Numbered from the stretch's first letter, positions 48,418 to 57,883 are shown. The stretch: 64,000 nt of DNA from Candidatus Latescibacterota bacterium (GCA_965215195.1 CBDCDC010000002.1:3936001-4000000), one strand, 5' to 3'. Numbers and translations are program-made. The notes: a model not told the origin generated them from the letters alone.

Positions 48418-48418
48418 C

Positions 48419-48913
48419 TCACGTAGTCTCCGCGACGAGCAACACAGCGGTTGGCAGGGAAGTGGCCTCGGCCTTGTGGAAGGCCGCGTCGAGCTGGTCC
48501 ATATCGCCGTCCGCGTGCATGGCGGTGTAGGGGATGTTCCAAGCCTTGAGGGTCGGCTCGAAAAAGGTGGCGGCCGTATCGACTCGGGAAGCTCCTCGGG
48601 CCATGGTCGCGTAGCCGCGGTAGCCGACGAGCATTACGAGGGGAATGCCCATGTTGTAGGCCGTGCCGCGCAAGGCGTCGCCGGCCTCCAAAAAGCCCGT
48701 GTTTTGGATCAACACCAGCGGATGGGCACCGCCCAAATACAGGCCGGAGGCCAAGCCGTACGCCTCGCCCTCGCGGCTGGTGAGGATCACTTCGATGGTG
48801 TCGTGCTCCCACAGGTGCTCGTACAGAGCGCACGAGCCGTTGTCTGGTACACCTAGCACGTGCGTAATGCCGTGCCGTTCGAGGGCGGCGACGATCTTGG
48901 CGGCGCTAATCAC
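48419..48913 (-). CDS. ThDP-dependent decarboxylase alpha subunit (ComD-like)
   Basis: GVPD, REGEAYGLASG, IQNTG, GYRG, EPTLKAWNIPY. Confidence 0.82.
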   Translation of the reverse strand: MISAAKIVAALERHGITHVLGVPDNGSCALYEHLWEHDTIEVILTSREGEAYGLASGLYLGGAHPLVLIQNTGFLEAGDALRGTAYNMGIPLVMLVGYRGYATMARGASRVDTAATFFEPTLKAWNIPYTAMHADGDMDQLDAAFHKAEATSLPTAVLLVAETT

Positions 48914-48917
48914 GGGC

Positions 48918-50114
48918 TTACTCGGCGAAGATCGCACGGGTGGAGATGCCGCTCTGATGGCCTTCTTGCTGAATGCCGCCGATAAACTGGGCGGTGCGGC
49001 CAGCCGGGGCCGTGCCGGCGTAGTACGCGCTAAAGGACTCGTTGAAGGTGGCCAATGAAGCGCGATTTTGCGCGGAGTCGGCACCGGCGACGATATAGGC
49101 ATTGTTGAAGACGCCATCCTCTTTGAGTCCCGCGCCTCCGGCTTCCTTTATTCGGGCGTCGAGTGCGCCGAGCTGCTGGCCAGCGTCGCTGCCGCCGATG
49201 GCCGAGACGTGGACTTCGCACACGCCGTGGTGGCGCAGGCCCGCCCAGGTCGAGAAGCCGTCCTCGAACTGCCCCGAGCGCGCGATTTCGACTTCGCCGG
49301 AGACCACGCGCGGCTGCGGCTCGATGATGCCGTCGAGATTGGGTATCCGCGACACCGGGTAGATCAAGCCGGCGGGGCGGTCGTCGCCGTAGTAATCCGC
49401 AAAGACTTGGCGAGTGGTCTCGATGCGCTCCCAAGTTTTGTCTGGAGCGTCGTCCACAGCCACGAGGATTTCCATAAACACGGTCTGCTTTTTGAAGTCA
49501 ATGCCTTGCTCGGCAAAGGGCTTGGCGTATTGCTCGTCGAGTATAAAGCGCATTTCCTCGGCCAAGTCCGAGCCGAGCGTGGTGATCATTTCGCCGTTTC
49601 GCTGGTGCATGACCGAGGCACCCGAGGGCTGGTGATCGACCCAAGTGCCGTAGTCGATTTTGCCGCTGCTGATGGAGACGGCCTCGCCGGCACAGGCCTT
49701 GATTTGGACCTCGAAGAGGGCCGCCGGGTCCGGGAAGCCCTCTGGGTGGGTGAAGCGGGCCATGCGATTGGAGCGCAAGGGGCCGCCGGTGACGGCCGCG
49801 ATCATGGCCCCGTAGCAGGCGTTGAAGTCGTTTTTGCGCTGGTCGCACTCGGCGCGGTCCGCAGAAGGAGTGGTCCACAGGACGTCGGTCTTGTACACGT
49901 CGGACCAGCGGACGCCGCAGATTTCGAGGCCCTTGTTGAGGTTTTCAATGGTGCCGAACCACTCCGAGCCGACGTCGTTGGCGTACTGGGTGCCAACGTT
50001 GCCCGACGGCTCCACTAGGCGCACGACGTGGCCGTTGTCGTCGGTGATGAGCACTTCGGTGGGGTTGGAAAAGATGGCGATGGGATTGTGGCGGACGATA
50101 TTGACTTGGGCCAT
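48918..50114 (-). CDS. Hypothetical protein with three divergent RidA/YjgF-like domains
   Basis: Three units of about 130 aa, each with a FNxxY/FADYY...PA(G)R-like segment; unit 1 has SGNVG, ENLNKGLEICG...DVYKT and LFEVQIKA. GAGGAG RBS. Confidence 0.6.
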   Translation of the reverse strand: MAQVNIVRHNPIAIFSNPTEVLITDDNGHVVRLVEPSGNVGTQYANDVGSEWFGTIENLNKGLEICGVRWSDVYKTDVLWTTPSADRAECDQRKNDFNACYGAMIAAVTGGPLRSNRMARFTHPEGFPDPAALFEVQIKACAGEAVSISSGKIDYGTWVDHQPSGASVMHQRNGEMITTLGSDLAEEMRFILDEQYAKPFAEQGIDFKKQTVFMEILVAVDDAPDKTWERIETTRQVFADYYGDDRPAGLIYPVSRIPNLDGIIEPQPRVVSGEVEIARSGQFEDGFSTWAGLRHHGVCEVHVSAIGGSDAGQQLGALDARIKEAGGAGLKEDGVFNNAYIVAGADSAQNRASLATFNESFSAYYAGTAPAGRTAQFIGGIQQEGHQSGISTRAIFAE

Positions 50115-50204
50115 GAGCTCCTCGGTTGATTTTGTGAAGGGTTGCCGCGAATTATATTGCAAAAAATACGCGGTCTGCCGACGATAGACAATAGGGAGAG
50201 GCCG

Positions 50205-50885
50205 ATGTCCACCTGCGCCGTGCTCTTTGCCAAGAAACCAGCTCCCGGAGCGGTCAAAACCCGGCTCCAGAGCCGTTTGAGTGCCTCTGAGGCCGCGCGC
50301 CTGTACGAGGCCCTGCTGCTTGATTGCGCCATTGCGCTGGACGCAACAAAGGCCGCTGCCAAGGTCGTGGCCTTTGCCCCGGCCCATGCCGAAGACGCCC
50401 TGCGCACCCTGCTGACCCCGATCGGCGTCTTCGAGTACGTACCGCAGCCCGAAGGCGATTTAGGACAGCGGATGGAGGGCCTGATGCAGTGGGCCTTTGC
50501 ACACGGGGCCGAGCGGGTGGTCCTCGTCGGCTCGGACAGCCCTTCTCTGCCGGCCGCGTACATTGACGAGGGGCTGGCACTCTTGCGCGAGAAGGACGTG
50601 GTCTTAGGCCCGAGCATGGATGGCGGCTACTACTTGGTGGGCCGGCGCAAAGGGGAAAGCCGGATATTCCAAGGCGTGGCTTGGAGCAGCGGGATGGTGC
50701 TAGAGCAAACCCTAGCGCGTTTGGGGACGCAGACGCTCGGCCTGTTGCCGCCTTGGTACGACGTGGATACGCCGGCCGAGGCCGGGTTCCTAAAGGTGCA
50801 TCTCGAAGCCTTGGCGCGGGCGGGCAGTGCCCAAGGGCGGCACAGCTTGGCCGTGCTGCGCGAGCTCGCACTGCCGCTGCCCTAG
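50205..50885 (+). CDS. DUF2064/TIGR04282 CofC-like transferase
   Basis: FAKKPAPGAVKTRL, QPEGDLGQRM, VGSDSP, VLGPSMDGGYYL, DVDT. Confidence 0.85.
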   Translation: MSTCAVLFAKKPAPGAVKTRLQSRLSASEAARLYEALLLDCAIALDATKAAAKVVAFAPAHAEDALRTLLTPIGVFEYVPQPEGDLGQRMEGLMQWAFAHGAERVVLVGSDSPSLPAAYIDEGLALLREKDVVLGPSMDGGYYLVGRRKGESRIFQGVAWSSGMVLEQTLARLGTQTLGLLPPWYDVDTPAEAGFLKVHLEALARAGSAQGRHSLAVLRELALPLP

Positions 50886-51532
50886 CGGTCGGCTCCCCTG
50901 CGGAACAGGTCTTCCCAGCGATCGAGTTCGCCCGGGGCAAGCGGTGGGTGGGGTTCGGTGCCGTCGCGAGCGGGTTCTGGCGCGGGGGTGCTCAATGCCC
51001 GGTCGGCCTCCTTGCGGAACAAGGCTTCCCAGCGATCGAGGTCGTCTGGGGCAAGCGGTGGGTGGGGTTCGGTGCCGTCGCGGGTGGGTGCCGTCGCGGG
51101 GGTGCTCGGTGTTTGGATGGGTCCTGTAAGTTCGTCGAGAAAATCCTCACAACAGGTCGAGCGGATCTTGTGGCGCGCGGCGCAGCGCTGGACTGCGCGG
51201 TCCGAGCTGATGACCCGCAGCCACTTGGCACCGTGTTTTTGCGCGACTGCCTCGGCGATCAGGTCGTCGGCTTGCTGAGGGTAGCGCGAGAATTCTATGG
51301 TGACGTGCGGGCCGCTCGCGCTCGGTGCGCTCGGCCATGCTCCGGTGCCATCGTAGTACAAGGTAATGTGCTTGTCGGCCCGGCGGCCGTAGGCGGCGAG
51401 GGCCTGCTGCAAGCGGCTGCGCGCCCGTTTTAGTGTATCGCCTCGGCCTTGGAAGAGCGGACTCAATTTAATGAGATTGTAGCCGTCTATGAGCAAGTGC
51501 TCTCTCTTGGTAGCCACCACTGCCGTCCTCAC
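50882..51532 (-). CDS. NYN/YacP-like PIN-fold ribonuclease
   Basis: LLIDGYNL, YDG, ADDLI, VISSDRAV. Confidence 0.8.
   Translation of the reverse strand: MRTAVVATKREHLLIDGYNLIKLSPLFQGRGDTLKRARSRLQQALAAYGRRADKHITLYYDGTGAWPSAPSASGPHVTIEFSRYPQQADDLIAEAVAQKHGAKWLRVISSDRAVQRCAARHKIRSTCCEDFLDELTGPIQTPSTPATAPTRDGTEPHPPLAPDDLDRWEALFRKEADRALSTPAPEPARDGTEPHPPLAPGELDRWEDLFRRGADR
50886..51107. repeat. Two-copy tandem duplication with a 114-bp period in the NYN gene tail
   Basis: RDGTEPHPPLAP..LDRWE.LFR is encoded twice. Confidence 0.92.
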
Positions 51533-53373
51533 GCGAGCTGGATGCCTTGGGCATTGAGCTGATAGGAGACCACGCTGCTTTTGGCAAAGGCCGCGCGTTG
51601 GCGCAGCTTGTCGAGCCTAGCGCGCAACGCGGCTGCTTGCCCCTCTGCGGCGATGAGGAGGGCGAAGCCGCCGCCGCCAGCCCCGGTGAGAAGCCCGCCC
51701 TCGGTCAGGTCGGTGATCTGCGGATTCTCAAAAAGGTGTTGCAAGGCGTCGTTGGTGGCCTCGGGGTCGAGGATGCAGCGCAACTGCCAGTAGCGGTTGG
51801 CTAGCTGCCCGAGATCGGCGTATGCGCCCGCGCACAGCGCGGCCACCATGTCGTCGTGAATGGCCAGCGACTCGCGGATAGCTGCATAGCGCTGGCGATC
51901 CCGCGACAGATAGGCGTCGAGGACGACGTTGAGGCCGCGGGTCGCCGAGCGCGATATCCCCGTGTCGAAGAGCACGATCCGCTCGGTGAACAGGCTCTCA
52001 TCTACTTGGGTGAGGAACGTGCGCTCGGGCGCGGGCAGGCCGTTGGTCGGCGGCGCGTAGAAGTTCTTGATGGCCGCGGGGCCGCCGCTGGCGCCGCGCG
52101 CATCCTGCCAACCGCTGTTGAGGCCGAGGCTCTGTTCGAGCATGAGGCTTTGGTCGTAGAGGCTGGGGTACTCGCACGCGGGCGCGGCGTAGGGGTGGCC
52201 GGAGAGGTGGTAGAGCATTTTGAGGATGGCGGCCGACAAGATGCCGCTGGTTCCTAGGCCGGATCCTTGTAGCACCTTGCTACGGGTGGTGATTTCCAAA
52301 CCGCCACCGCCGGTAAAGGCGGCGATGTCTTCGATGACGTCTGTGGAATCCGGCCGGACGATGCCCGCGTGGACCAGCCCTTGTTTGACCAGCCGCAGGG
52401 CTTCGTCGCCGCTGCGGCGGTAGGCAAAGAACAGCTCGCTGGCGGTCGCGGCTGAGCTATTTTTGCTGGCCGCAAAGTCGGCCTTGAAGCCCCGGGAGCG
52501 CGAGCGGAGGATGAGCTGGGGTTCGGTCAGCCTCCGTGCGGTGACCTCCAGCGGCGGTTGGGCACACTCTTCTTGGCCCTGTTGCAGATTGACGGCGATG
52601 TTGAGTGTCTTGCCGCCCCGTTCCTTGCTGCGCAGGTGATTGTCCGAGGCATTGGCACTGGAGATGCCCAAGCGCAGGGGTGCTTGGATGCAAAAGGTTT
52701 GCTCGTAGGCCGCTTCGTTCATCCGCGGCGCCGGGGCGCGGCCCCTGTCGAGGGCGGCCAAGCTGCGCTGTAGGTCGATGCTCTGTAACTGGTTGATCCG
52801 CGCCTCGTAGGCCGCGGCCAGTTTTTCTACTTGCTTGGCTTCTTTGAACTGGACGATGTCTTGGCCGTCGATGCAGCAGGGCGGCAGCGCTCGCCACCAA
52901 GCCCGCGCCTCACCGGCGAGCGTCCGGTAGATGTCGGACATGACGCGGGCGACGCGCATGCCGCGCAGGCAGCGGACCGAGACATCGCATTCTTCTAGAT
53001 AGGCATTGAGGCGTTTGAGTACCTGCAAGAGCACCTTGGGGGACTGGGGGGGCAAAAGCCGCAGCAATTGGCGGTGATCGAGATCGACCAAGCCATCGAC
53101 CAAATCGACGGTTAGTTGCGGCAGCTCTTTGGCGACCGCATTGCCGAAAAGCTCATCCCACTCCTCGGGCGTGGTCGCTGCGAGGAGCGCGTCAATGGCC
53201 GCAGGGGTTTCTAAGCGGGACAAAAGCACCCGATTGAAGAGCAGAGCGCGGAAGAAGCGGCGCTTTTCCTCGGGTTTGCCGCCGGTGCGCGCCGCGTCGA
53301 GGATGTGATCGACCAGCGATTGGACTTCGCGCAAATCAGCGGCTTGTTCGAGACGTGCGAGGAATGCTTTCAT
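51529..53373 (-). CDS. GHMP kinase (fucokinase/HddA-like) with an unknown N-terminal helical domain
   Basis: APLRL, GSGLGTSG, EQ...GWQD, TGAGGGGF. Confidence 0.75.
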   Translation of the reverse strand: MKAFLARLEQAADLREVQSLVDHILDAARTGGKPEEKRRFFRALLFNRVLLSRLETPAAIDALLAATTPEEWDELFGNAVAKELPQLTVDLVDGLVDLDHRQLLRLLPPQSPKVLLQVLKRLNAYLEECDVSVRCLRGMRVARVMSDIYRTLAGEARAWWRALPPCCIDGQDIVQFKEAKQVEKLAAAYEARINQLQSIDLQRSLAALDRGRAPAPRMNEAAYEQTFCIQAPLRLGISSANASDNHLRSKERGGKTLNIAVNLQQGQEECAQPPLEVTARRLTEPQLILRSRSRGFKADFAASKNSSAATASELFFAYRRSGDEALRLVKQGLVHAGIVRPDSTDVIEDIAAFTGGGGLEITTRSKVLQGSGLGTSGILSAAILKMLYHLSGHPYAAPACEYPSLYDQSLMLEQSLGLNSGWQDARGASGGPAAIKNFYAPPTNGLPAPERTFLTQVDESLFTERIVLFDTGISRSATRGLNVVLDAYLSRDRQRYAAIRESLAIHDDMVAALCAGAYADLGQLANRYWQLRCILDPEATNDALQHLFENPQITDLTEGGLLTGAGGGGFALLIAAEGQAAALRARLDKLRQRAAFAKSSVVSYQLNAQGIQLA

Positions 53374-53442
53374 GCGCGTTAGCAAGGGGCGAGGGTGCGC
53401 TGCAATCGGCGAAAATTATACGCAAAAAACGCGCACCGCGCA

Positions 53443-54063
53443 TCAGGGAGAGTCGGCCGGGCGCATTAGCTCGCCGGCTTCCACCGCGAAATTGAGGTGG
53501 TTTTGTCGCGGGGGCAGCGGGCAAATGTAGGTGGGATTGTACGCGCAGTATGGATTATACGCGTTATTGAAATCAATGACATATATGCCATCGTCCTCCC
53601 GCGTCAGGCGCGCGTAGCGCCCGCCCCCATAGGTGGTGTGGCCGTTGGTCCGATCCTTGAAGAAGATTTCCGTTTCGCCGGTTTGCGGACTGCGGTACAC
53701 CTCCAGCCAAAAGCCTTTTTCGCCAAAAGCCGCAACAAAGCGCCCAAATCGCTCGAGCTCGGTGGTGGTGCCGTCGGTATTGGGTATTTCGACGATGCGC
53801 TGGCGACCGTAGATGTGCAGCTCGCCCCGCAGGCGATAGCGGAGATCAATGGGATAGTACGCAAGGCCCGCAAACGCGCTGCGCTGCGCGGGCGTTAGCG
53901 GCGACTCCTCGCTTTTGAGCAGGCTATCCTTGGCAGCGCGGAGTGCTTCAATTTGGGCGCGGATAGAATCGTCGGCCGCGGCGGACCCAAAGGACAGGCA
54001 TAGATAGCAAGCGACGGCCCAGAGCGGGATTCTAGGTCTAAAAATGAATGGGCTCACAGGCAT
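53443..54063 (-). CDS. DUF1684-family protein
   Basis: FKDRTNGHTTYGGGRY, DFNNAYNPYCAY...CPLPPRQN. Confidence 0.88.
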   Translation of the reverse strand: MPVSPFIFRPRIPLWAVACYLCLSFGSAAADDSIRAQIEALRAAKDSLLKSEESPLTPAQRSAFAGLAYYPIDLRYRLRGELHIYGRQRIVEIPNTDGTTTELERFGRFVAAFGEKGFWLEVYRSPQTGETEIFFKDRTNGHTTYGGGRYARLTREDDGIYVIDFNNAYNPYCAYNPTYICPLPPRQNHLNFAVEAGELMRPADSP

Positions 54064-54194
54064 GACAAATTTTCCTCTCGATCTATTTTAGAGCCAATTT
54101 GCCGCCATATCAAATGGCCTGCTCGACTAGCCGTTCCACCTTGTCCCCCCTCTCCGGCCGCCATACATTTTTGCGACAAACAGGAGGAAAATCC

Positions 54195-54272
54195 ATGCGT
54201 TTGCAAGATCGCATCGCCGTTGTTAGCGGAGGGAGTTTGGGCATTGGGCGGGGTATTTGTCGCGAACTGGCC
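54195..54272 (+). pseudogene. N-terminal stub of a short-chain dehydrogenase
   Basis: AGGAGG RBS, then MRLQDRIAVVSGGSLGIGRGICRELA (SDR Rossmann start); similarity stops after that. Confidence 0.7.
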
Positions 54273-54393
54273 GATATGCAGGAAGCGCCCAAGGTCGGCG
54301 GAACACGCCCTTGCCGCGGGACATTGGGCGGGCCGTGGCGTTTTTCGCGGAGTGGATTACCGGGGCGGCACTGTTAGCGCCGATCTTGTAGGC

Positions 54394-55236
54394 ATGGACG
54401 AGGCTTGGTCCATAGTCGAAGTGAGCCGCGTCCGGGGAAGGTCGCGGTTGACATCCTGCTTGGCTGTCGCGCCGTTGAAGATCCTCAGCCCCAAGGCCGG
54501 CGCCGATTACAGCACGGCCGTGCTTTCGAGCTATGGCGGCGGCTTGGTCGCCGGCGATTGCGCTCGGCTGCGCGTGCGCTGCGGCCGGGAGGCCAAGCTC
54601 TTTTTGGGCACCCAAGCCTTTACCAAAGTGTACAAGACCACCGACGGTCAAGTTGCGCGCCAGGAACTCGCCGGACACGTCGAAGCAGGTGCCTGCGTAG
54701 TATCACTGCCCGACCCGGTGGTGCCCTATGCCGACAGCGCCTTTGTGCAGGAGCAAGTCTGGCACCTTGAAGCGGGGGCCTTGCTGGTCTTGCTCGATGG
54801 AGGCACGGCCGGCCGCGGCGCACGAGGCGAGCGATTCCACTACGGCTCTTATACCTCTAATATGTCCATCTACTTGGAAGGCGAATTAGTGTTGGCTGAA
54901 CGCTTGAGTTTGCAGCCTAAGCAGCAGGCCCCCGACCGCGTTGGGGCTTTTGGCCAATATACTGCCTTCGCCAACGCCTTTATCATCGGCGACCCACTGC
55001 GCTCTGCCGTCGAGGAAGTACTGCGCCGTGCCCTAGCGCCAATGCTCACCAGTCAGCGGACGCGCGGAACTAATAGGGCCGCTTTGGTTGCGCTGGCCGA
55101 ACCTCGTCCCCAAGTGCTCGCGCTCCGCGCCTTGGGGCGCACCAGTGGCGATCTAGCGGGAGTCTTGCACGCGCTCGCCACGGCCGTATCGCTGCCTCAA
55201 GTCCTAGGCGAAAATCCACTGCGCCGAAAGTATTGA
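54394..55236 (+). CDS. ureD: Urease accessory protein UreD
   Basis: PLKILSP, YGGGLVAGD, TQAFTKVYK, PDPVVPY, GRGARGE. Start is uncertain. Confidence 0.88.
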   Translation: MDEAWSIVEVSRVRGRSRLTSCLAVAPLKILSPKAGADYSTAVLSSYGGGLVAGDCARLRVRCGREAKLFLGTQAFTKVYKTTDGQVARQELAGHVEAGACVVSLPDPVVPYADSAFVQEQVWHLEAGALLVLLDGGTAGRGARGERFHYGSYTSNMSIYLEGELVLAERLSLQPKQQAPDRVGAFGQYTAFANAFIIGDPLRSAVEEVLRRALAPMLTSQRTRGTNRAALVALAEPRPQVLALRALGRTSGDLAGVLHALATAVSLPQVLGENPLRRKY

Positions 55237-55466
55237 TCGCTCCGCAGTATCAAAGCCTATCCAATAACACATAATTGTATCTTTTCCGCTGCTCGCCCTA
55301 GCCGCACAGTACCGAGAAGCATGGATTCGCCCTGCAATGAGGTGTGGAAAAGCGACATATGTGTTCATTTGAAATACTAAAAACCACATCTTTATCGTCT
55401 ATTGTTGAAAAAAACCAAGCGATTAAACCACCAAAAATGCCATTTACGTTAAAATTACAAATTGCG

Positions 55467-55491
55467 TATCTCTTTGCAACATAAAGAGATA
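55467..55491. promoter_or_regulatory. Inverted repeat, candidate upstream activator site
   Basis: TATCTCTTT-7 nt-AAAGAGATA in an AT-rich region. Confidence 0.45.
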
Positions 55492-55543
55492 GTAGCAAAA
55501 TGTTCCCTCCTGATAGGTCTATGGACTGCTGCGGGTGCCATTG

Positions 55544-55559
55544 TGGTATCCTTTTTGCA
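55544..55559 (+). promoter_or_regulatory. Sigma54 -24/-12 promoter of the urt/ure operon
   Basis: TGGTATCCTTTTTGCA, with GG-N10-GC spacing. Confidence 0.7.
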
Positions 55560-55622
55560 AGTAGGAGAGCGGAATCGGTCCGCGTCCGGGCCATTTAACA
55601 CTACAATTTTTGGAGGGATTCA

Positions 55623-56882
55623 ATGAGAAGGATCGCATTTGTCGCCTTAGGGCTAATCGTCGCCGGGATGCATTCGAGTGCGCGGGCGCAGGAGCCAGTC
55701 AAAATAGGGGTCCTGCATTCGCTCAGCGGCACGATGGCTATCTCGGAGGTATCGCTGCGCGACGCCGTGCTGATGGCGGTCGAGGAAATCAATTCCAACG
55801 GCGGCGTACTGGGCAGCAAAATTGAGCCGGTGGTCGTCGATCCGGCGTCCGACTGGGACCTGTTCGCCGAAAAGTCCAAAGAACTGTTGCTAGAGCACGA
55901 GGTGGCGGCCGTCTTTGGATGCTGGACCTCGGTGTCGCGCAAGTCGGTGTTGCCGGTTTTTGAAGAAAACGCCGGGCTGCTGTTTTATCCGGTCCAGTAC
56001 GAAGGCGAGGAGTGCTCGCGCAACATCATCTATACAGGGGCCACCCCCAACCAGCAGTTGATCCCGGCCGCCCAGTACCTGATGAGCGAGGAAGGCGGCG
56101 GGTACGAGAAGTTCTATCTGCTCGGCACCGACTACGTGTTCCCGCGCACGGCCAACAAAATCCTGCGCGCCTATCTCCTCGACCAAGGGGTGCCCGAAGC
56201 GAATATCATGGAGGAGTACACGCCCTTCCACCACCAGGACTACCAGACCATCGTGCAGAAGATCAAGAATTTCGCCGCCGATGGGACGGCCGCGGTCTTG
56301 AGCACGATCAACGGCGATTCCAACGTGCCCTTCTACAAGGAATTCGCCAATCAGGGGCTGACTTCGGCGATGTGTCCGATCATGGCCTTTTCAGTGGCCG
56401 AAGACGAGCTGCGGGCGATGGATACCGAGTTCTTGGTCGGCCACTTAGCGGCTTGGAACTACTTCCAGTCCGTGCCCACCAAAGAAAACCGCGGCTTCGT
56501 CAAGAGCTTCAAGCAGTACTGTGCGGCCAAGGACTTGCCCGGCGGGCTGATGCGCGTCACCGACGATCCGATTCTGTGGGCCTATACCGGAGTCTATCTG
56601 TGGAAAGGTGCGGTTGAAAAGGCCGGTTCCTTTGACGTAGAAAAGGTGCGGCCGGCGCTCTATGGGCTGACGTTTGACTCGCCGGGCGGCCAAGTGATGA
56701 TGGACGAGCGCAATCACCATCTGCACAAGCCCGTCTATATCGGCGAGATCAAAAAGAACGGCCAGTTCAAGATCGTCTATGAGTCGGATGGCCTCGTGGC
56801 CCCGGATCCGTGGGACGATATCACCAGCGCCGACAAGGATTGCGACCACGTCAATTACATGGGCACTTATACCTTAGAGTGA
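55623..56882 (+). CDS. urtA: Urea ABC transporter substrate-binding protein
   Basis: GVLHSLSGTMAISE, FGCWTSVSRK, YPVQYEG, GTDYVFPRTAN, STINGDSN. Confidence 0.95.
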   Translation: MRRIAFVALGLIVAGMHSSARAQEPVKIGVLHSLSGTMAISEVSLRDAVLMAVEEINSNGGVLGSKIEPVVVDPASDWDLFAEKSKELLLEHEVAAVFGCWTSVSRKSVLPVFEENAGLLFYPVQYEGEECSRNIIYTGATPNQQLIPAAQYLMSEEGGGYEKFYLLGTDYVFPRTANKILRAYLLDQGVPEANIMEEYTPFHHQDYQTIVQKIKNFAADGTAAVLSTINGDSNVPFYKEFANQGLTSAMCPIMAFSVAEDELRAMDTEFLVGHLAAWNYFQSVPTKENRGFVKSFKQYCAAKDLPGGLMRVTDDPILWAYTGVYLWKGAVEKAGSFDVEKVRPALYGLTFDSPGGQVMMDERNHHLHKPVYIGEIKKNGQFKIVYESDGLVAPDPWDDITSADKDCDHVNYMGTYTLE

Positions 56883-56914
56883 TAAAACTCTACTAGCGCG
56901 GAAGGACGTAAAGC

Positions 56915-57814
56915 ATGAACGAGAAAGTTGCAGCATTTGCACTGGCGATTTTTGTCGCCCAGACGGCATCCGCCGAGGTCAAATTCTCCGGTTTTGTCGA
57001 TATGAGCGCGTTCAGCGACGATGGAAACGCGAGCATGTCGCTGGACCAGTTCGAACTGGACGCCTCGACGGACCTCGGGGACGGGCTCTCCATGCGGGCA
57101 GATGTCAATGCCTTGGGGCCTACCGCCCCGGTCGAGCTAGAGCAGGCCTTTATCGCGTACGACACCGGCGCAGGCTTGGCGCTCACCGTGGGCAAATTTC
57201 TCAGTTGCACCGGCTTTGAAGCGGCCGAACCCACGGGGATGTATCAGTATTCGTACTCGGCTACGCTGGTCTATGGCGGCTATCAGAATGGGGTAGCGGC
57301 CTCCTACGGCTCGGATATGTTCGGCCTGTACGGGGCGGTTGTCTCTAGCGTGTGGGACGGCGCGGAGACCGATTTCTCCGGGGATGGGAGCGACCTAGGG
57401 TTTGAGGCTCAAGTCGCCCTGATGCCGGTCGAAGGGATAACGGCCAAAGCCGCATTGGCGCGGGAAGACGAGCAGACCTTGATCAACGTTTGGGGCCTGT
57501 TTGAGACGGGACCGCTGTCGCTCGCCGCCGAGGTGAACTCGATGAGCGATTGGGGGGCTTATGAGTCGGGATTGGGGTATCTCGGGATGGTCAATTACGG
57601 CCTGAGCGACCAAGTCGGCGTAACGGCCCGCTACTCGGCTATCGCGTGGACTCCAACTGGCGGCGGCGCAGACGACGAAACGAGCGAATTCACCATCGCT
57701 CCGAGTTACGCCATTTCGGACAACTGGGGTCTGGTGGCCGAGCTGAAGATGCTCACAGTGGGCGAGGCCGACGCCGTGGCGCAAATTGCGCTGGAGTCGC
57801 TGCTGACGTTTTAG
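56915..57814 (+). CDS. Outer membrane porin-like beta-barrel
   Basis: Signal peptide, KFSGFVD, LEQAFI, LTVGKF...GFE, C-terminal Phe. Confidence 0.8.
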   Translation: MNEKVAAFALAIFVAQTASAEVKFSGFVDMSAFSDDGNASMSLDQFELDASTDLGDGLSMRADVNALGPTAPVELEQAFIAYDTGAGLALTVGKFLSCTGFEAAEPTGMYQYSYSATLVYGGYQNGVAASYGSDMFGLYGAVVSSVWDGAETDFSGDGSDLGFEAQVALMPVEGITAKAALAREDEQTLINVWGLFETGPLSLAAEVNSMSDWGAYESGLGYLGMVNYGLSDQVGVTARYSAIAWTPTGGGADDETSEFTIAPSYAISDNWGLVAELKMLTVGEADAVAQIALESLLTF

Positions 57815-57883
57815 GTGGGTGGAGCGGAGACGGCCGCTTAGCAGTTTAGCGATTGGTACGGTACAAGGTAAAGGTAAAGGTAC

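Noticed and set aside
47848-48913. Coenzyme M or phosphonate biosynthesis
   Set aside because: No comABC or PEP mutase is in the window, so the substrate cannot be assigned from motifs.
50205-50885. Arsenosugar or F420 biosynthesis cluster
   Set aside because: The DUF2064 gene stands alone, with no partner radical SAM, glycosyltransferase or cof genes beside it.
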